From contig OX597826.1 of the NCBI GenBank assembly GCA_951406725.2, positions 60,160,001-60,222,000 of the forward strand: a DNA stretch of 62,000 nucleotides, read 5' to 3'. Of the stretch, positions 41,747-55,779 are shown in pieces. The stretch comes from Octopus vulgaris. Taxonomy: Eukaryota. Under the pieces are notes generated by a model. The model saw only the letters and a program-made list of their open reading frames with translations. It searched no databases and was not told the origin of the DNA. The position numbers were made by a program, and so were the translations under genes. Within the stretch, counting starts at the first letter, position 1. Each line of letters starts with the position of its first letter.

Positions 41747-42277
41747 AGCATTAGGTTCCTTGGAAGAAAGCAACGTATGTTTGTTCTAGATTGAAGAAGG
41801 TAGGTGTGACACCATTGCTTTGAAAACACCCTACGAATCACCGCTTGTCACAATTCTATTCTGATAAACTTTTATTTGACAGAGATGGACATGAAAACCG
41901 TCTGAGGTAGAACTTCTGAATGAGTGGTTTGGAGACACTGAAACGATGGTGGGTGTGACATGGGTCCTCGACATCTTATCTTTGGTGGGTTTCCATGGGG
42001 ACTTCGCGAATTGGCTGGAGACCACTGAAATAAGAGTATCGTATCTAAAAGAAGACTATAATTTGTAGTTCTCAAAAATTAACATTTCTCATGAGAGTCT
42101 CAAAAGTTCGAGAAAACACTGCATATACCCAAACATGCATACACATAAGTGTATTTATGTATGCAGAGTTTATATGCACTGTTCACAATGAACCGTATCC
42201 GCTGTAAATGTCTGTTTCTTAAATGTCAAAATGTCAATCACATCCTGGAGAGTATGTATGTATATATACATTCCTGC

Positions 42278-42344
<67 letters not shown>

Positions 42345-42347
<3 letters not shown>

Positions 42348-42447
42348 ACAATCAGGAACGGCCATAATAGGCCATTCACCCACTATATCAACCGCAAATA
42401 TTTGCGGTTGAATATAGTGGGTATATTATGGCCGTTATGATTGTTGA
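42345..42447. repeat. ~100-bp palindrome with a perfect 22-bp zero-spacer centre
   Basis: TCAACAATCA..AACGGCCATAAT...ACCCACTATAT-CAACCGCAAAT|ATTTGCGGTTG-A-ATATAGTGGGT..ATTATGGCCGTT.TGATTGTTGA. Confidence 0.9.
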
Positions 42448-42545
42448 TGTTGAACTTAAAAATGGTCTATGACTATTTAATTTTTTCCTACTAGGCCGCT
42501 GGTGGCAAAGAATTCTACAAAATTTTTTTTTGCCACCCTATATTG

Positions 42546-42639
<94 letters not shown>

Positions 42640-42641
<2 letters not shown>

Positions 42642-42821
42642 AGATCGTTAGCTACTACACACATTCTTTTCTCTCCTTGTTTTTTTCTGTGTACCTTTCT
42701 GTAGAAGAGCGTAGGCTCGAAACGTAAAATACTTTTTCTATTCCTGAGCGCTATACTAATACATCTGTTAGTTTGTACACCACCTGCCTTCGTCTTGTGT
42801 TTATTTTCTTAAACTTACCTT

Positions 42822-42822
<1 letters not shown>
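42640..42822 (+). mobile_element. Family H1 hammerhead-motif element in (TA)n, diverged subfamily
   Basis: 42696-42729: TTT-CTGTAGA-A-GAGC(GTAG)GCTC-GAAA-CGTA-AAA. CCTGAGCG at 42743-42750. Confidence 0.75.
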
Positions 42823-42862
<40 letters not shown>

Positions 42863-42946
42863 ATGTATATATATACATATATACATATATTCATATATAC
42901 ATATATATACATATATACATATATATGCATATATATATGTATATAG

Positions 42947-42985
<39 letters not shown>

Positions 42986-43582
42986 CATAGGTATATATAT
43001 GTAAATATGTCTGTATGTGTAAGAGGCTAAGTAACCATCTATGGGTTATTAAATATCCAATATACTACTTAGTTGCCTTAAATATGTATATACACGTATA
43101 TGATTATTATGAGGTGTGGACGTGTATGTTATTCATACGTAAACATCCAACACAACTGATTCTAATATACTCACGGCTTCGTCAGTTATATCATTTAATT
43201 GCATGAAATATATAAAAAGAGATATACGTAGCAGGGCCGTACCAAGTGACTATTTGTCTACCTACAATGGGTCAGTGATTACACTTACTTCCTACCAACC
43301 CAGAATACTGAACCAATTGAAACAGCGAGTAATTACGTGATTTACTGTTAGTGGCAGTTTGAATACAAATGCTGATCTTTGACCATTATAGAAGGAATGA
43401 CTAATTGCAAGACTACATCATTGATATTCACTGTATCCAGTCGCGTTTCAGCAGATTCATTTGTCTCAATGAATGAAAGCCACGCAAATGAGTGAGCGGA
43501 GTCTGAATGACAAAATTATTAATCCGTATTATGACATGCATTTCGTTGATATAATTTTCTGCGACCGTGTACAATATTTTCA

Positions 43583-43855
43583 CATAAACTTAGATAAACT
43601 TAGATATGTTTCGACCAAAGATTGGTCCAGGCCATGTCTAACTTAATAGCACCACCTGATAGGATTATTCGAATCCTGTTTAAGTCAAGTTTTGTTTAAG
43701 TCAAGTTTTGTTCAAGTAGTGAGTTCTTGTTGGGTGAGTTGTATCCAATTATGGGTGGCTTATCTGGTATTCTTTGAAGGAATCTATCCAGACTCTGTTT
43801 AAAGTTGATGGGATCCTTTTCCTCTTTGATCTCCCTCGGGACATTGTAATAACAC
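43583..43855 (-). mobile_element. 3' end of a CR1/L2-group LINE (ORF2 C-terminus, 3' UTR and short tandem tail)
   Basis: Minus strand YNVPREIKEEKDPINFKQSLDRFLQRIPDKPPIIGYNSPNKNSLLE resembles LINE ORF2 C-termini. Terminal (CTAAGTTTAT)2 repeat. Confidence 0.65.
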
Positions 43856-44185
43856 AGTATTTTTTTTTCTATATTTTAATTATATAGAAATTTTAAATAC
43901 ATGTAAAGAATATTCTGACTTTAAACAATGAGTATTATCAGTTGAAATATACACCAAAACAAATGTGTTGATTAAGCATTTATTTTTAAAGACAGATCGA
44001 GAAGAGGGATGATTGCGTCCGTGACAATTTTATGGGCGTTCGAGGCTAATGGTAGAAAATGAGAGACTTTAGTTAGGCTTCACGGGCAAAATGGCAGAGT
44101 AAAACACTGAGACAGATTATCGATCTACCTACCTGCCTACATGCCTCCCTACTTGCCTATATACATACATAAGTAAATAATACAT

Positions 44186-44217
<32 letters not shown>

Positions 44218-45534
44218 GTATACACTCTCCATGCAGCTAATGTAATAGTAGACAAATTTCCAGGCCTCTACGAAATTATTAGTAAATAGATAAATTCGAT
44301 AAAGAAAGAAAAACAAATTACGGTAAGCAAATTTCCCTTAAAAAAAACTGACTTAAAATAAGCAAAAATATACATATATCTAAACGCAACTCTAGACAAT
44401 AAATTTAAAGTAAATAGACATTAGGTACCATAGCAGACAAAAAAGAAATAAAAAAAACAAGTGACAGAAAAAATAACAACAACCAATAGCTGTAAAAGAA
44501 GAACTAATCAATACCCCCTCAACAACCGGTCTCTGTCCTCCTACATCAACGAATATAAACGAATAATCACTTAGAGTTGTAACACATTTTACCTGAAGTT
44601 CGCAGCAGCGTGAAACGTAAATCGCGAGACAAATAAACTGTCTAAACAGATTACACGCTCACATATACATATACACGTATATCTACAAACGTTTAAACTT
44701 CGGTGCGCATATGTATGTCTGCACACACACACACGCATATATACATATATATATATGTATGTATATATATATGTGTACATAGGTGCACACACACAAAAAC
44801 GCACGCACGCATATATGCATATATGTATGTATATACGTACATATGTACACATACACACACATACGCACATAGGTTTGTTTCAACTGTTGAACAATGTCCG
44901 AAGCTTTCGTTCATTGCAGCTCAGTGCTCAAAATTCCTGGTTTTTATCTCGTTTATGTAACTTTTCAGCGAAATGAAAAACATATATATGTACACATGTA
45001 TGCACGTTATTGGGTGTATCACGTGTGTGTTTGGGGTATGTATGCGTGTGTGCGAGCTGTGTGTTCATTCTGTGTTTGTTTGTGTTATTGTATTGTGAAG
45101 TATTTTGTCTTTCATGAAAAAACGCACACGCACACACACGCACGCACACGCATACACACACACGCAATATATATACAGTTACGTATGCATACGCAAGTAC
45201 ACACACGTAGATACGAACTTTCCAGTACACACACACGAACGTACGAACACTTAAATTCAGGATCACACGCACAAGGGACCAGTAAATGCCCACGCCTACG
45301 GATGTCAGATCAGCGCTCTGATAATGTAGGACTTACTTCTCCTATGCATTCATGTTTACCGATACAAACCGAGGATATGGAGGCATCGTCAAGTAAACCA
45401 GAAATCAATTCAAGGTGGACTCAAGGGTATCATTGTAGTATTTGCAGAATAAAAATCAAAAACTTTTCGAAAATTGTAAACTGAGGTAAACAAAATTAAT
45501 GAACGTTTAAGTTGGCTTGCTTGCATATAGTCTT

Positions 45535-45736
45535 TTACTCTTTTGCTTGTTTCAGTCCTTTGACTGTGACCATGCTGGAGCACCGCCTCTGGTCGAACAA
45601 ATCGACCCCGGGACGTATTCTTTGTAAGCCTAGTACTTATTCGATCGGTCTCTTTTGCCGAACCGCTGATTACGGGGATGTAAACACACCACCATCAATT
45701 GTCAAGCGATGCTGGGGAACAGACACTGACACATAA

Positions 45737-45802
<66 letters not shown>

Positions 45803-45964
45803 GACGGGCTTCTTTCAGTTTCCGTCTAACAAATCCACTCACAAGGCTTTGGTCGGCCCGAGGCTATAGTAGAAGACACTTGCACGAGATGCCACACAGT
45901 GGTTCTAAATGCGGAACCACGTGGTGGGTAAGCAAGCTACTTATCTCACAGCCACTCCTACGTC
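45535..45964 (-). mobile_element. Family A SINE, full length, with expanded internal (AC)n(TA)n
   Basis: Homologous end to end with 30605-31010. Confidence 0.9.
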
Positions 45965-46177
45965 TTTATATTGAGATATGAATATAAAATCATGTGTGTG
46001 GAGAACAACCTCACTTGAAACTGGAAGTGTTTTATGACAATCTGGCCAGTAAATCCATTATATACGCACACGTGTCTCATAAGCGTCTATCATTAATTGC
46101 CGGTAAGCTATTTTGATGCTAGTTTCTTGTCTGCTTTCTCTGAAGAGCAAACCAACATTCTGTTTTCTTGGAAACAG

Positions 46178-46306
46178 AAATAGAGAGAAGGCAGCAAGGC
46201 TTCTTTGTTGTAGCGCGCAGAGCGTCAAGTGTGTCCACGGATAATGAATTACCGTCACATTGTTCTGCTTCCGCAGCCACTAGTAACGGTTTCCAAGCCG
46301 ATGGAA
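46178..46306 (+). CDS. Candidate symmetric phase-1 coding exon (129 nt), xIERRQQGFFVVARRASSVSTDNELPSHCSASAATSNGFQADG
   Basis: Acceptor TTCTGTTTTCTTGGAAACAG, donor AA|GTAAGG, open frame, higher GC, and an RRAS kinase-site-like motif. Confidence 0.35.
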
Positions 46307-46862
46307 GTAAGGAAGGTGAAATATCGTCAGGAGCAGTCATAATTTTACATGAATTCATTCAGCTACATGATTTGTTCATGCACCGTTGAAGTGCCGCGAG
46401 TACACAAGTGCTGACGTTTTGGATTTGCCATACATTTTGAATGCCATCCTGATCACAGTAAACAATATTTGGAGCAGGACATCTGTAATTTTAGCGCTAA
46501 CGGTGGTCATACTTGGTAATGAATCTACAACCACTCTATATTGGATATAAGCATAAAGTGAAGTTATGATATAGGAATGGGAAAAACTCATATTGTCAAA
46601 GACAGAAACATAGTGAGTTTCTTGACAGCCGACCGAGACAACAACAAAGTACACAACAATGAGAATATCATATAGAAGCTAATATATATAAACATGGTGA
46701 ATAAACAGGGTAAATAAAGGAAACGATGTTTAACAGCCAATTATGTCATCAGAGATGTATTGAGATGACGACGACGGTGAGGTGTACGTTATGTTGTATT
46801 GCTTCGTAATTGTCTCCTCATCCATCATATTAGGAAATTGATTAGTTGTGTAAAGAACTACA

Positions 46863-46901
<39 letters not shown>

Positions 46902-46917
46902 ATACATACACAGAAAC

Positions 46918-46967
<50 letters not shown>

Positions 46968-47566
46968 ATGTGTGTGAGTTGGAAATATAGCAATTTTGAC
47001 AGATTAGATCTAATAACCTAACTTTTGCTCATTTACAAAGAACAGAAAGCTGGCATGCGAGAAATTACTTCACAAAGTGACAAACACATTTACAAGGAAA
47101 AGAAAAAAAGTCCAAGAACAAACTTAAAAAGCTTGGAAGATAAACTACACAAAAAACAACTACCAAATACTATGCGTGGTTCTCGTAATGTTTCTTCGAC
47201 TTCAAATTTCTCACTTGAAGTTTGACAACACTAAAAATTGAAAACAATGACAATTAGGTATTCAACGGTTTTTCATTTACAAACGTATGCTTGGTTTTCA
47301 AACAATGTTATGTTTAATTTATTATAATTTCATTAACATCACCAAGTAGGGTCGATGTAAATGATGAAATAACACCAAGTGACATTACATACATCACAAA
47401 CAGCGTCGGATTCCATAAATGATTTTCTTTCTCTGTAATTCTTTAACGTTTCCATACGCTCATAAGTTCTTACTTTGGTAGACGAAGATCTGTAAATAAC
47501 TTCATAAAAATTACAGGTGGCTGGGCGGGCTAAGAAGCTTGGTTTGCAAACCCATGGTTTTGCGTT

Positions 47567-47619
<53 letters not shown>

Positions 47620-48424
47620 ATCTATTTCAAGCGTAAATTGACAGTTCTGATAAGGACGATGTTACTACGTTTTGTGTCACTTTAAAAGTATATACCACGA
47701 ACAAGGCTAACCTCTGCGGCTGAAAAGAAATAACCCAGAAACCATGGTCCGCAGGTTCTGTTTAAGACTGGGTGGTGTCAATATCTCCCTTGTTTGAGGC
47801 ATAAGGACGCAGATGTGCGTCGGTAGCAAGCTGGAAATGATGTTTTCCTGGGACTATAAAAGTTAGTAAAACTGTCCGAAGCAGAAGTTTGAAAGCAGTT
47901 CATGACCATTGTGTCCGGCTAACGAAGTTATAACACGCATATACTGATTGAAACCCTATTACACGTGTTTATCTATTCAATCTCCGCGGCGCTTTCAAAT
48001 TATTTGGCTTGATGAAGCGACAACTGCTGTATTAACAGAATACTATTTCTTTGTATATCTATTCTATTACACATAACTAAATGAAACGGAACTGACCAAC
48101 TAAGATGAACATGTCCAAAGAATGATCAGTATCAAACATGTGTCTTGAGTAAACGCGACAAAAAACCTCCATTTGAACCTAAATTTATTTTGTTAAGGTA
48201 TTATCTGGCCAAAGAAGATTCCATTGGCTAAGAAACTGTCTTTGCAACTTCGTGGCTTCGGGTTTAGCTCCATTGCGTGGCATCATTGCAAATATCCTTT
48301 GCAATAACCCCGGGCCGATTATTGCATTCTCGGTGAATTGGTTAATCAACATTACTCTGTGAGGATAATTGGGCAGATTTCTCTGCCGTATAAATATCAT
48401 TCCATGGACAGTACGCTAGACCGT

Positions 48425-48550
48425 CGCAGGATTATTCACTTTTACCAGCTGAATTGACTGAAGCAACGAGATATGAAGTATTTTGCTCATGAACACAATG
48501 CATTTCCCAGTGCATCGAAACCACAACCTTACGATCATGAGTACAACACC
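48425..48550 (-). mobile_element. Family C SINE head/body fragment, old
   Basis: CAGCTGAATTGACTGAAGCAACG...TTGCTCA.GAACAC...CGAAACCACAACCTTACGATC. Confidence 0.6.
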
Positions 48551-48635
48551 GGAAACACTAAGCTATGAACCTCCACATTCTGAGTGAAATAGTAAAGGAA
48601 AACTGCTTGGAGGTCCGTCGTATACATATATATAT

Positions 48636-48704
<69 letters not shown>

Positions 48705-49478
48705 AACATATTCCTGTAAATATATGTGTGTGTGAGTTTGTGTACATATAATTGTGTGTATATATGTATAATGTGTGTCTGTGTGTGTTAATGTCTGCCA
48801 CCCTCCAACACTTTCCAACTGGCGCTGATTTGTTTTTGAACCCATAACTCATCGGTTTGGCAAGCGACCAATAGAAAACCAGATTTTAAAATAAAGTATT
48901 GCGGTCGAAATGATTGACTAACCCTCTTCAAGGAGAGTTTCCATCTCGGCATAAGTTCATTAACTGAAAGAAAAAAGTTTGCAGACATCCTTGCGGCATG
49001 ATCAGAAAATATATATATTAGGGTCCACAAACCACAGAAGTTTTAATATCTATAAAACATGAATAAACCACCACATTATTAAATAGAAAGAAATTGAAAG
49101 CTTGATATGTTTTAAATGTTTATCTTAAGCGTTTCTGAAGATTAATAATATCCGCACCCACCAACCATACGGAGTTGATGTCTTTAAAGAAATTTGTTGT
49201 TGATTCACGTTAAAATAATCTTTTTTACATTGTCGTCTATGTTCCATTCCAGCGATGAGCTACGAAATCGATTCCATCAAGGCACTCATGCAAAGGAGAC
49301 ACAATACTTGGAATTTTATTAATTAAGATAAAATTACTGTTTACTAATGAATGTCACATTAAGACGTTGCTGACCGATTTCATAAGAGAAAATGATTTTT
49401 CACAGCACATATAAATCAGGAATAATGTATATTTTTCAATTACACGTGGATCTATCTGAATATATAATATAAAAATAG

Positions 49479-49714
49479 CAGCAAGGCGGCGAGCTGGCAG
49501 AATCGTTAGCACGCCGGGCGAAATGCTTAGCAGTATTTCGTCTGCCGTTACGTTCTGAGTTCAAATTCCGCCGAGGTCGACTTTGCCTTTCATCCTTTCC
49601 GGGTCGATAAATTAAGTACCAGTTACGCACTGGGGTCGATGTAATCTACTTAATCCGTTTGTCTGTCCTTGTTTGTCCTCTCTGTGTTTAGCCCCTTGTG
49701 GGTAGTAAAGAAAT
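49479..49714 (+). mobile_element. tRNA SINE (family B), full length, with 19-bp TSD
   Basis: TSD ATATATAATATAAAAATAG at 49460-49478 and 49715-49733. Confidence 0.93.
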
Positions 49715-50592
49715 ATATATAATATAAAAATAGATGCATGAATTTATCAAGTACACACTGTGTGTTTGGTTTAACGAAATAATATAATGTTATTTAATTC
49801 ATATTATATATTGATAAAATCAGGAAAAATGATAGTCGTCGTATTTCAAAACTTAGACATGCTGTGGAATAACTAAAGACAATTTTGTAATCAGCGTCCA
49901 AAATAGATTTAAGAAAAGGCTAAATTGAAGAAAAAGAAAATTATCATGTTAACCAGCGTAGTTTATTGAATTTCTCAAATAAATTAAATACTTGTTAAAA
50001 ATCTTCTTAAAACTTAGTAATATTTCAAAATATTTGTACAATCTACGATGTGGTTAAGCAGCAAATTGGCTAAAAAGCAAAGAAAATATTTTCTGAAGAT
50101 ATTGCAAAATTTTTCTAATGTTCATTTATCAGTAACAGGTGCACCGGTTGCTGGTTAGATGTCGACAATTAACTTCAGCAATTTCTCCTCTTTCTTTCTA
50201 TTTGGTATGTTAACTAAAAATATTTTGAGTTTTTATTCTTTTAAGCTTTTTGTTTCTTTTTACCGTTCTTTGTTCTTCTTAGCATGATTTGTTTTGTTTT
50301 CTAAATAACAGAAAAGCAACTTGGTAAATTATTCTAATTCCTAAAATCAACAAATATTCGCACAGGAAATGATATACAACCGTTTCTACATACGTGTGTA
50401 GCAAAAGGCATACACCTATGTACATGTGTGTGCGAGTGTCTGTCAGCCTGTGTACTTTATGTTAGCAATTTTTGAATGCGTAATTTTTTTTTATAATCGT
50501 GAGTGCTCGAGTGAGTGTGGGCATACCTGCAGCGTAACACTTCATGTGCGCGTGCGTATGAATACATACAAACATACATATATATATATATA

Positions 50593-50662
<70 letters not shown>

Positions 50663-51311
50663 TATAGTTCTCTGTAGTCCTATTTAACCAGGTGTGCCAG
50701 TGTATATACACAGGTTTATAAACCATTAAACAACATAAACAATGCACAACATTTTTCGTTAACTCGACAAGAATTATGTACACATTGAATGACATGTTAT
50801 TCTTTCTTGATGTCATTTTGTTTACTTTCCTTGTCTTTATTTGCAGTTTCTTGATCTAAAACGTTTCTTCATTTTTCTGTTGAGTGGCAAATTTTTCATA
50901 CCCTTTCAACTTTATTTGTGTTTTATCAATGAGTTGGCTTTTAAAATTACCAGGAAATAACTTAATTACATTCTTTTGAAAATTGGAACATTAATATGCT
51001 TTAGAAATTAAATATTTTAAGCAAAGGTGACATAATTACATCGATACAATGTGCAACCAAGTTTACATCGATACTATGTGCAACCAAGAAAACCCAGATT
51101 TCCTTTCAGCAACATATGATAGTCGAAATCATTAGACCGTATAGATGGAAAACTCAAAAAGTCCGCTTTTCTTAAAGGCCAGTCCCTTAGCGAGCGCTTA
51201 GCTTTTAAGCCTATTCTGCCGCTTGCATTTGAGGTTTTCATTGATTTACATTACCGATATTCGAACGCTATGGAAGACTACGTAGATAACTGTCAATATT
51301 TATCTTTTATT

Positions 51312-51525
51312 GAGACGGCGAGCTGGCAGAATCACTAGCATCCCGGACAAAATGCTTAGTGGCATTTCGTCCGTATTTTCGTTCAGAGTTCAACATTCGA
51401 TGAGATGGTCTTTGCCGCTCTTCATTTCGGGTTCGATAAAATAAGTACCAGTTGAGGATTGGGGTAGATGTAAGTAACTTAATCCCTTCTTCGAAATTGC
51501 TGGTATTTCACCAAATTTTAAATCA
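51312..51525 (+). mobile_element. Family B SINE, older copy
   Basis: GGCGAGCTGGCAGAATC..TAGCA...AAAATGCTTAG...GAGTTCAA...CGATAAAATAAGTACCAG. Confidence 0.8.
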
Positions 51526-51627
51526 GAATTCAACATCTGCTGGAAGATGAGAGTAACAATTTACAGGACAACGCGAGAAATTTGAGAATGAGACTTTGGT
51601 TTTTGATTGTATATTAAAAAAAAAATT

Positions 51628-51830
51628 ATTACATCGACCTCAGTGCGTAACTGGTACTTATTTAATCGACCCCAAAATATGAAAAGCAAAGTCGACCTCG
51701 GCGGAAATTGAACTCAGAATGTAACGGCAGACGAAATACCACTCATTTTCACCAACTGAGTGGACTGGAGCAACGTGAAATGAAGTGTTTTGGTCAAGAA
51801 CACAACGTGTCACCCAGTCCGGGAATTTGA
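51628..51830 (-). mobile_element. Family B SINE fragment (51628-51740) abutting a family C fragment (51741-51830)
   Basis: ATCGACCTCAGTGCGTAACTGGTAC...GCAGACGAAATACC is followed by CTGAGTGGACTGGAGCAACGTGAAAT.AAGTGT.TTG.TCAAGAACAC. Confidence 0.75.
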
Positions 51831-52158
51831 TTGTATATTTAAAGCAAACAATACTCTTAGCTTTAGAATTACACAGAGAGAAAGGACGACTGAGCCAAAG
51901 GGACGTGCACGTTTTTCTCCTGCCTCTATTACATCATTACTCTGTATGTTCAAACAAAAGAAAATGAACAAAATATGAACATGATTTATTATGAATACAT
52001 CTACAATGTTTCAATATTTTCCCCTAAATTTCAATTTACTGTTATTAATCAAAATACGCGCTTTTGGATATTCATTTATGATGGCATCACCAATGTTTCC
52101 TTTTATAGTTTGTGCCGTGATTTATTCAATTCATATGACCGTATGCATTTATTCGTAC

Positions 52159-52207
<49 letters not shown>

Positions 52208-53092
52208 TGTGTGTGTGTGTATGTGTGTTTGTGTGTGTTTAGGTGTACCTATACACAGACGCACAAACACACAGAAACACACACACATATATACATTTGC
52301 ACATGGTACATATTGCTAAGTATAAATACAATAGTTCGAATTGTGTCCCAAAATTCTGTGGCATATTTTCGATAACTTGCCAATGAATTTGCCGGAAAAT
52401 TATAATTAGAGACTTTGTTATGGGTCCATATTATCCATAAAAGAAAACGATTTCCCTATTGAGATAGACAGGATGTTGAAACATAGACAAAGCACTATTA
52501 ACGCTTGGTTGCAAATTTTACCTGCATAGCCCCTTTTTAAATCTCTTAAAACCTCTTCAAACGTATGAAATACGGTTTAACAACAATGAAGAAATGAGAA
52601 ATGATTTACACAGTTGACAACGAGAAAGCATGTTATTTGGTGTATTACTTTTCCCCAAATAGCATGCTTTCTCGTTACCATCTGTCCAATACTTCAGGGT
52701 TGCTTATTTTTTCAATCCTGTAAAAATGGAAGTAAAAATTTAATTCCTGGTGATTTGAACACACAAGATACACATCTATCCCTTCAACACAGGACAACTT
52801 AGCAACTTCTAAATATCCTGGAAGTTCGTTAATTTAATAATTTCTTATGATAGTTTCTATTTTAGCCACAAGAGAACAAATTTAGTTGAATACCATAATC
52901 TGTTTCTTTATTTTTCGACACTCAGAGAATGAAATCCAAAACTGTGATCAGTAGGGTTTGAACGCAGAAAGTAAACATTTAAAACATATTTTTTCTAATG
53001 CTCTAAAGATTAGACCAATTCGAAGGTTTGAATAGAGATTAAATAAAACGTAGAAAATCGAAACAATCTGCCAGCTGGAAGAATATTTAGCA

Positions 53093-53500
53093 GGTATGGC
53101 TGTGTTGTGAGAAGCTTATTTCTTAACCACATGGTTCTGGGTTCAGTCCCTCTGCGGGATACTTTGGGAAAGTATCTTCTACTATAACCTCAGACCTACC
53201 TAATCTTGGAGTATATTTGATAGACAGTAACAGAAAGAAGCCCGCCGTATACATATATATGTATATATCTATGTGTAAGTGTCCTTGAGTCTGTGTTTGT
53301 AACCCATCATCACTTGACAACCGGTGTGTTGGTGTAGTTACGCCCCATACTTTGGTGGTTCGGCAAAAGTACCGATGGTATAAGTACCAGGCTTTAAAAA
53401 GAAAAGCAAGTCCTGGAGTCGATTTATTCGACTAAAACCCTTCAAGGCGGTGACCCAGCATGGCCGCTATCAAATGACTGAAGCAAGTAAGGGTAAAAGA
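53093..53500 (+). mobile_element. Family A SINE, full length, diverged
   Basis: ATGGCTGTGT...GGGTTCAGTCCC...CCAGCATGGCCGC..TCAAATGACTGAAGCAAGTAA. Confidence 0.85.
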
Positions 53501-53850
53501 CGTCGGTCAAAATGCTTAGCGGCAATAATTTGGTTTTGTGCACTGTGAATTCAAATACTGCCCAGATCGAATTTTCCTTTCGTTTTTTTTTTTCGGTGTT
53601 GATAGAATAACATACCAGTCAAGATCGGGGTCCATGTATTTGACTTGTCCCTGCTCGTAAAACATCACTGACCTTATATCCTGCAAGGGACTACCATTTC
53701 CTTCAAGCCGGGATGTTGTGAATTTAGTCACTTAGGCTCCAAGGAAACAGCGTGTTACTAGTCCTAGAGTTCAAGAAAACTAGGAAAAAATATCTAAAAT
53801 TCAATGACAGTACCATATATATATATATATATAAAATTTACATCTATCTA

Positions 53851-53881
<31 letters not shown>

Positions 53882-53936
53882 GTATATATATGTATAAACC
53901 AATATATATGTATGCATGTATGGACTTATATGTGCA

Positions 53937-54013
<77 letters not shown>

Positions 54014-54800
54014 TAAAAAATGATTTGTAAATGTGTACAAGACATTTACAGATAATTTCAAGTTCATGTTTCGAGTGTTAAGTGAGAGGGGCGTGGGCGT
54101 ATTTTTGATGATTCTCATTATACACTAGAATATATTTGAACAAAATTCAGAAATGAATGTAAAGAATGTAATGAAAGTGGAGAAATAAGGTAGTCAAATG
54201 GCTTACAGAATAGAGAAGAAAAATAATTTATGAAAAAGTAAAGGGTTCAAAAAAAAAAAAAAATTAAGAGAAGGAAAAAAGAAAGAAGAATGTAAAAGAA
54301 GTGAATGGGTTGAAGAAGATAAACGAGTGTTTATAGAAGAAGAAATAAAACAGTTGATCAGCGTTAATAAAGGAAAAAAATAAATAATATTTCAATAAAG
54401 TGAAACACAGTAAAAAATAAAATGTTAACGTGATTCATTTTCGAGATTGAAGTTCTTTTATCAATATTGAGATAAAGACAAGAGGATACAAAGCGGTTTA
54501 CTAATAATTTTCAGTCTCAAACGAAATGAATTTGAACGACTCTTAGCCACTACTCGAAAGGCTTTTGCATCCACGTGCGTGCGCATACATGCACACGACA
54601 CAGGTACACATGTACAAACATGTACATAAATTTATAAATCCAAAATTCTGCTTACGTATACATAGACATACACACGCGTAAATATATGTATACGTATATG
54701 CGTGTACGTGTGTGTGTATATACAAATATGCATACATACAACCACACATACACACACAAATATGTTATATAATGCATATGCACATATATGATATATATAT

Positions 54801-54833
<33 letters not shown>

Positions 54834-54921
54834 CACACACATATATAAATATATACACATACAAATATTATATATATGCGTACACATATACGTTCATATA
54901 TGCATACATATATATTGGTAT

Positions 54922-54986
<65 letters not shown>

Positions 54987-55049
54987 TATATATGTATGTA
55001 CGCATGTATATATATGTGTGTATATATGTGTATATATATTGTTTGTTCC

Positions 55050-55318
55050 TTCTAGAGCCATGCCTGGCTCATAAGGGCTGATTTCCCGGTTTCCTTGGCG
55101 TATACGTTCCCCACCTGGACGGGACGCCGGTCTGTCACAGTTGAGCTCCAAGATGCAGGAGAAAAGAGTGAGAGAAAGTTGTGGCGAGAGAGTCAGCAGA
55201 AGTTCGCCATTACCTTCTGCCGGAGCCGCGTGGAGCTTAGGTGTTTCGCTCATAAACAGACACATCGCCTGGTCTGAGATTTGAACCTATGATCCCTCTA
55301 AGCACTAGGCCATGTGGT
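55050..55318 (-). mobile_element. Family D SINE
   Basis: Shares its body with 31845-32090. Its tail (CCCCACCTGGACGGGACGCC) is shared with 57000-57065 in the opposite orientation. Confidence 0.75.
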
Positions 55319-55319
55319 A

Positions 55320-55376
<57 letters not shown>

Positions 55377-55779
55377 TTGTGAATCCGTTTTCGTTTAGTG
55401 CGCTTTACACTATCATCTGAGGTGCTCCGTCATCATAATTCTGTGAAACTTGATTTCTACCTTTCTAGACTCTTATCCGAAACTCCAAATGAGAAGATTA
55501 ATTAGTTGCGCCTCGAACAACTAAGAATATATTTCAAAATATGAAAAATAGAAACCAAAATTCGCTTGAAAGTTCATACATAAATGTCAAAATAAGGAAG
55601 AAACTAAATACTAAGTTCTAAACTAAGAATGAGGGGTCGTTGTATCATTCAATTGAGTTTGGTATGAAAGTGTTATTTAATTTTTGAACCTTAAATTTCA
55701 TAGTTAGCATCAATCTATCCTCGAAATTGACGTCTTATGGATATATTCAATGCACGACTATTCTCTTTTTTTTTTCTCT

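Noticed and set aside
43600-43635. Hammerhead-like GACCAA/TTGGTC-GAAACAT on the minus strand
   Set aside because: The CUGANGA core is absent. It is a hairpin in a LINE 3' UTR.
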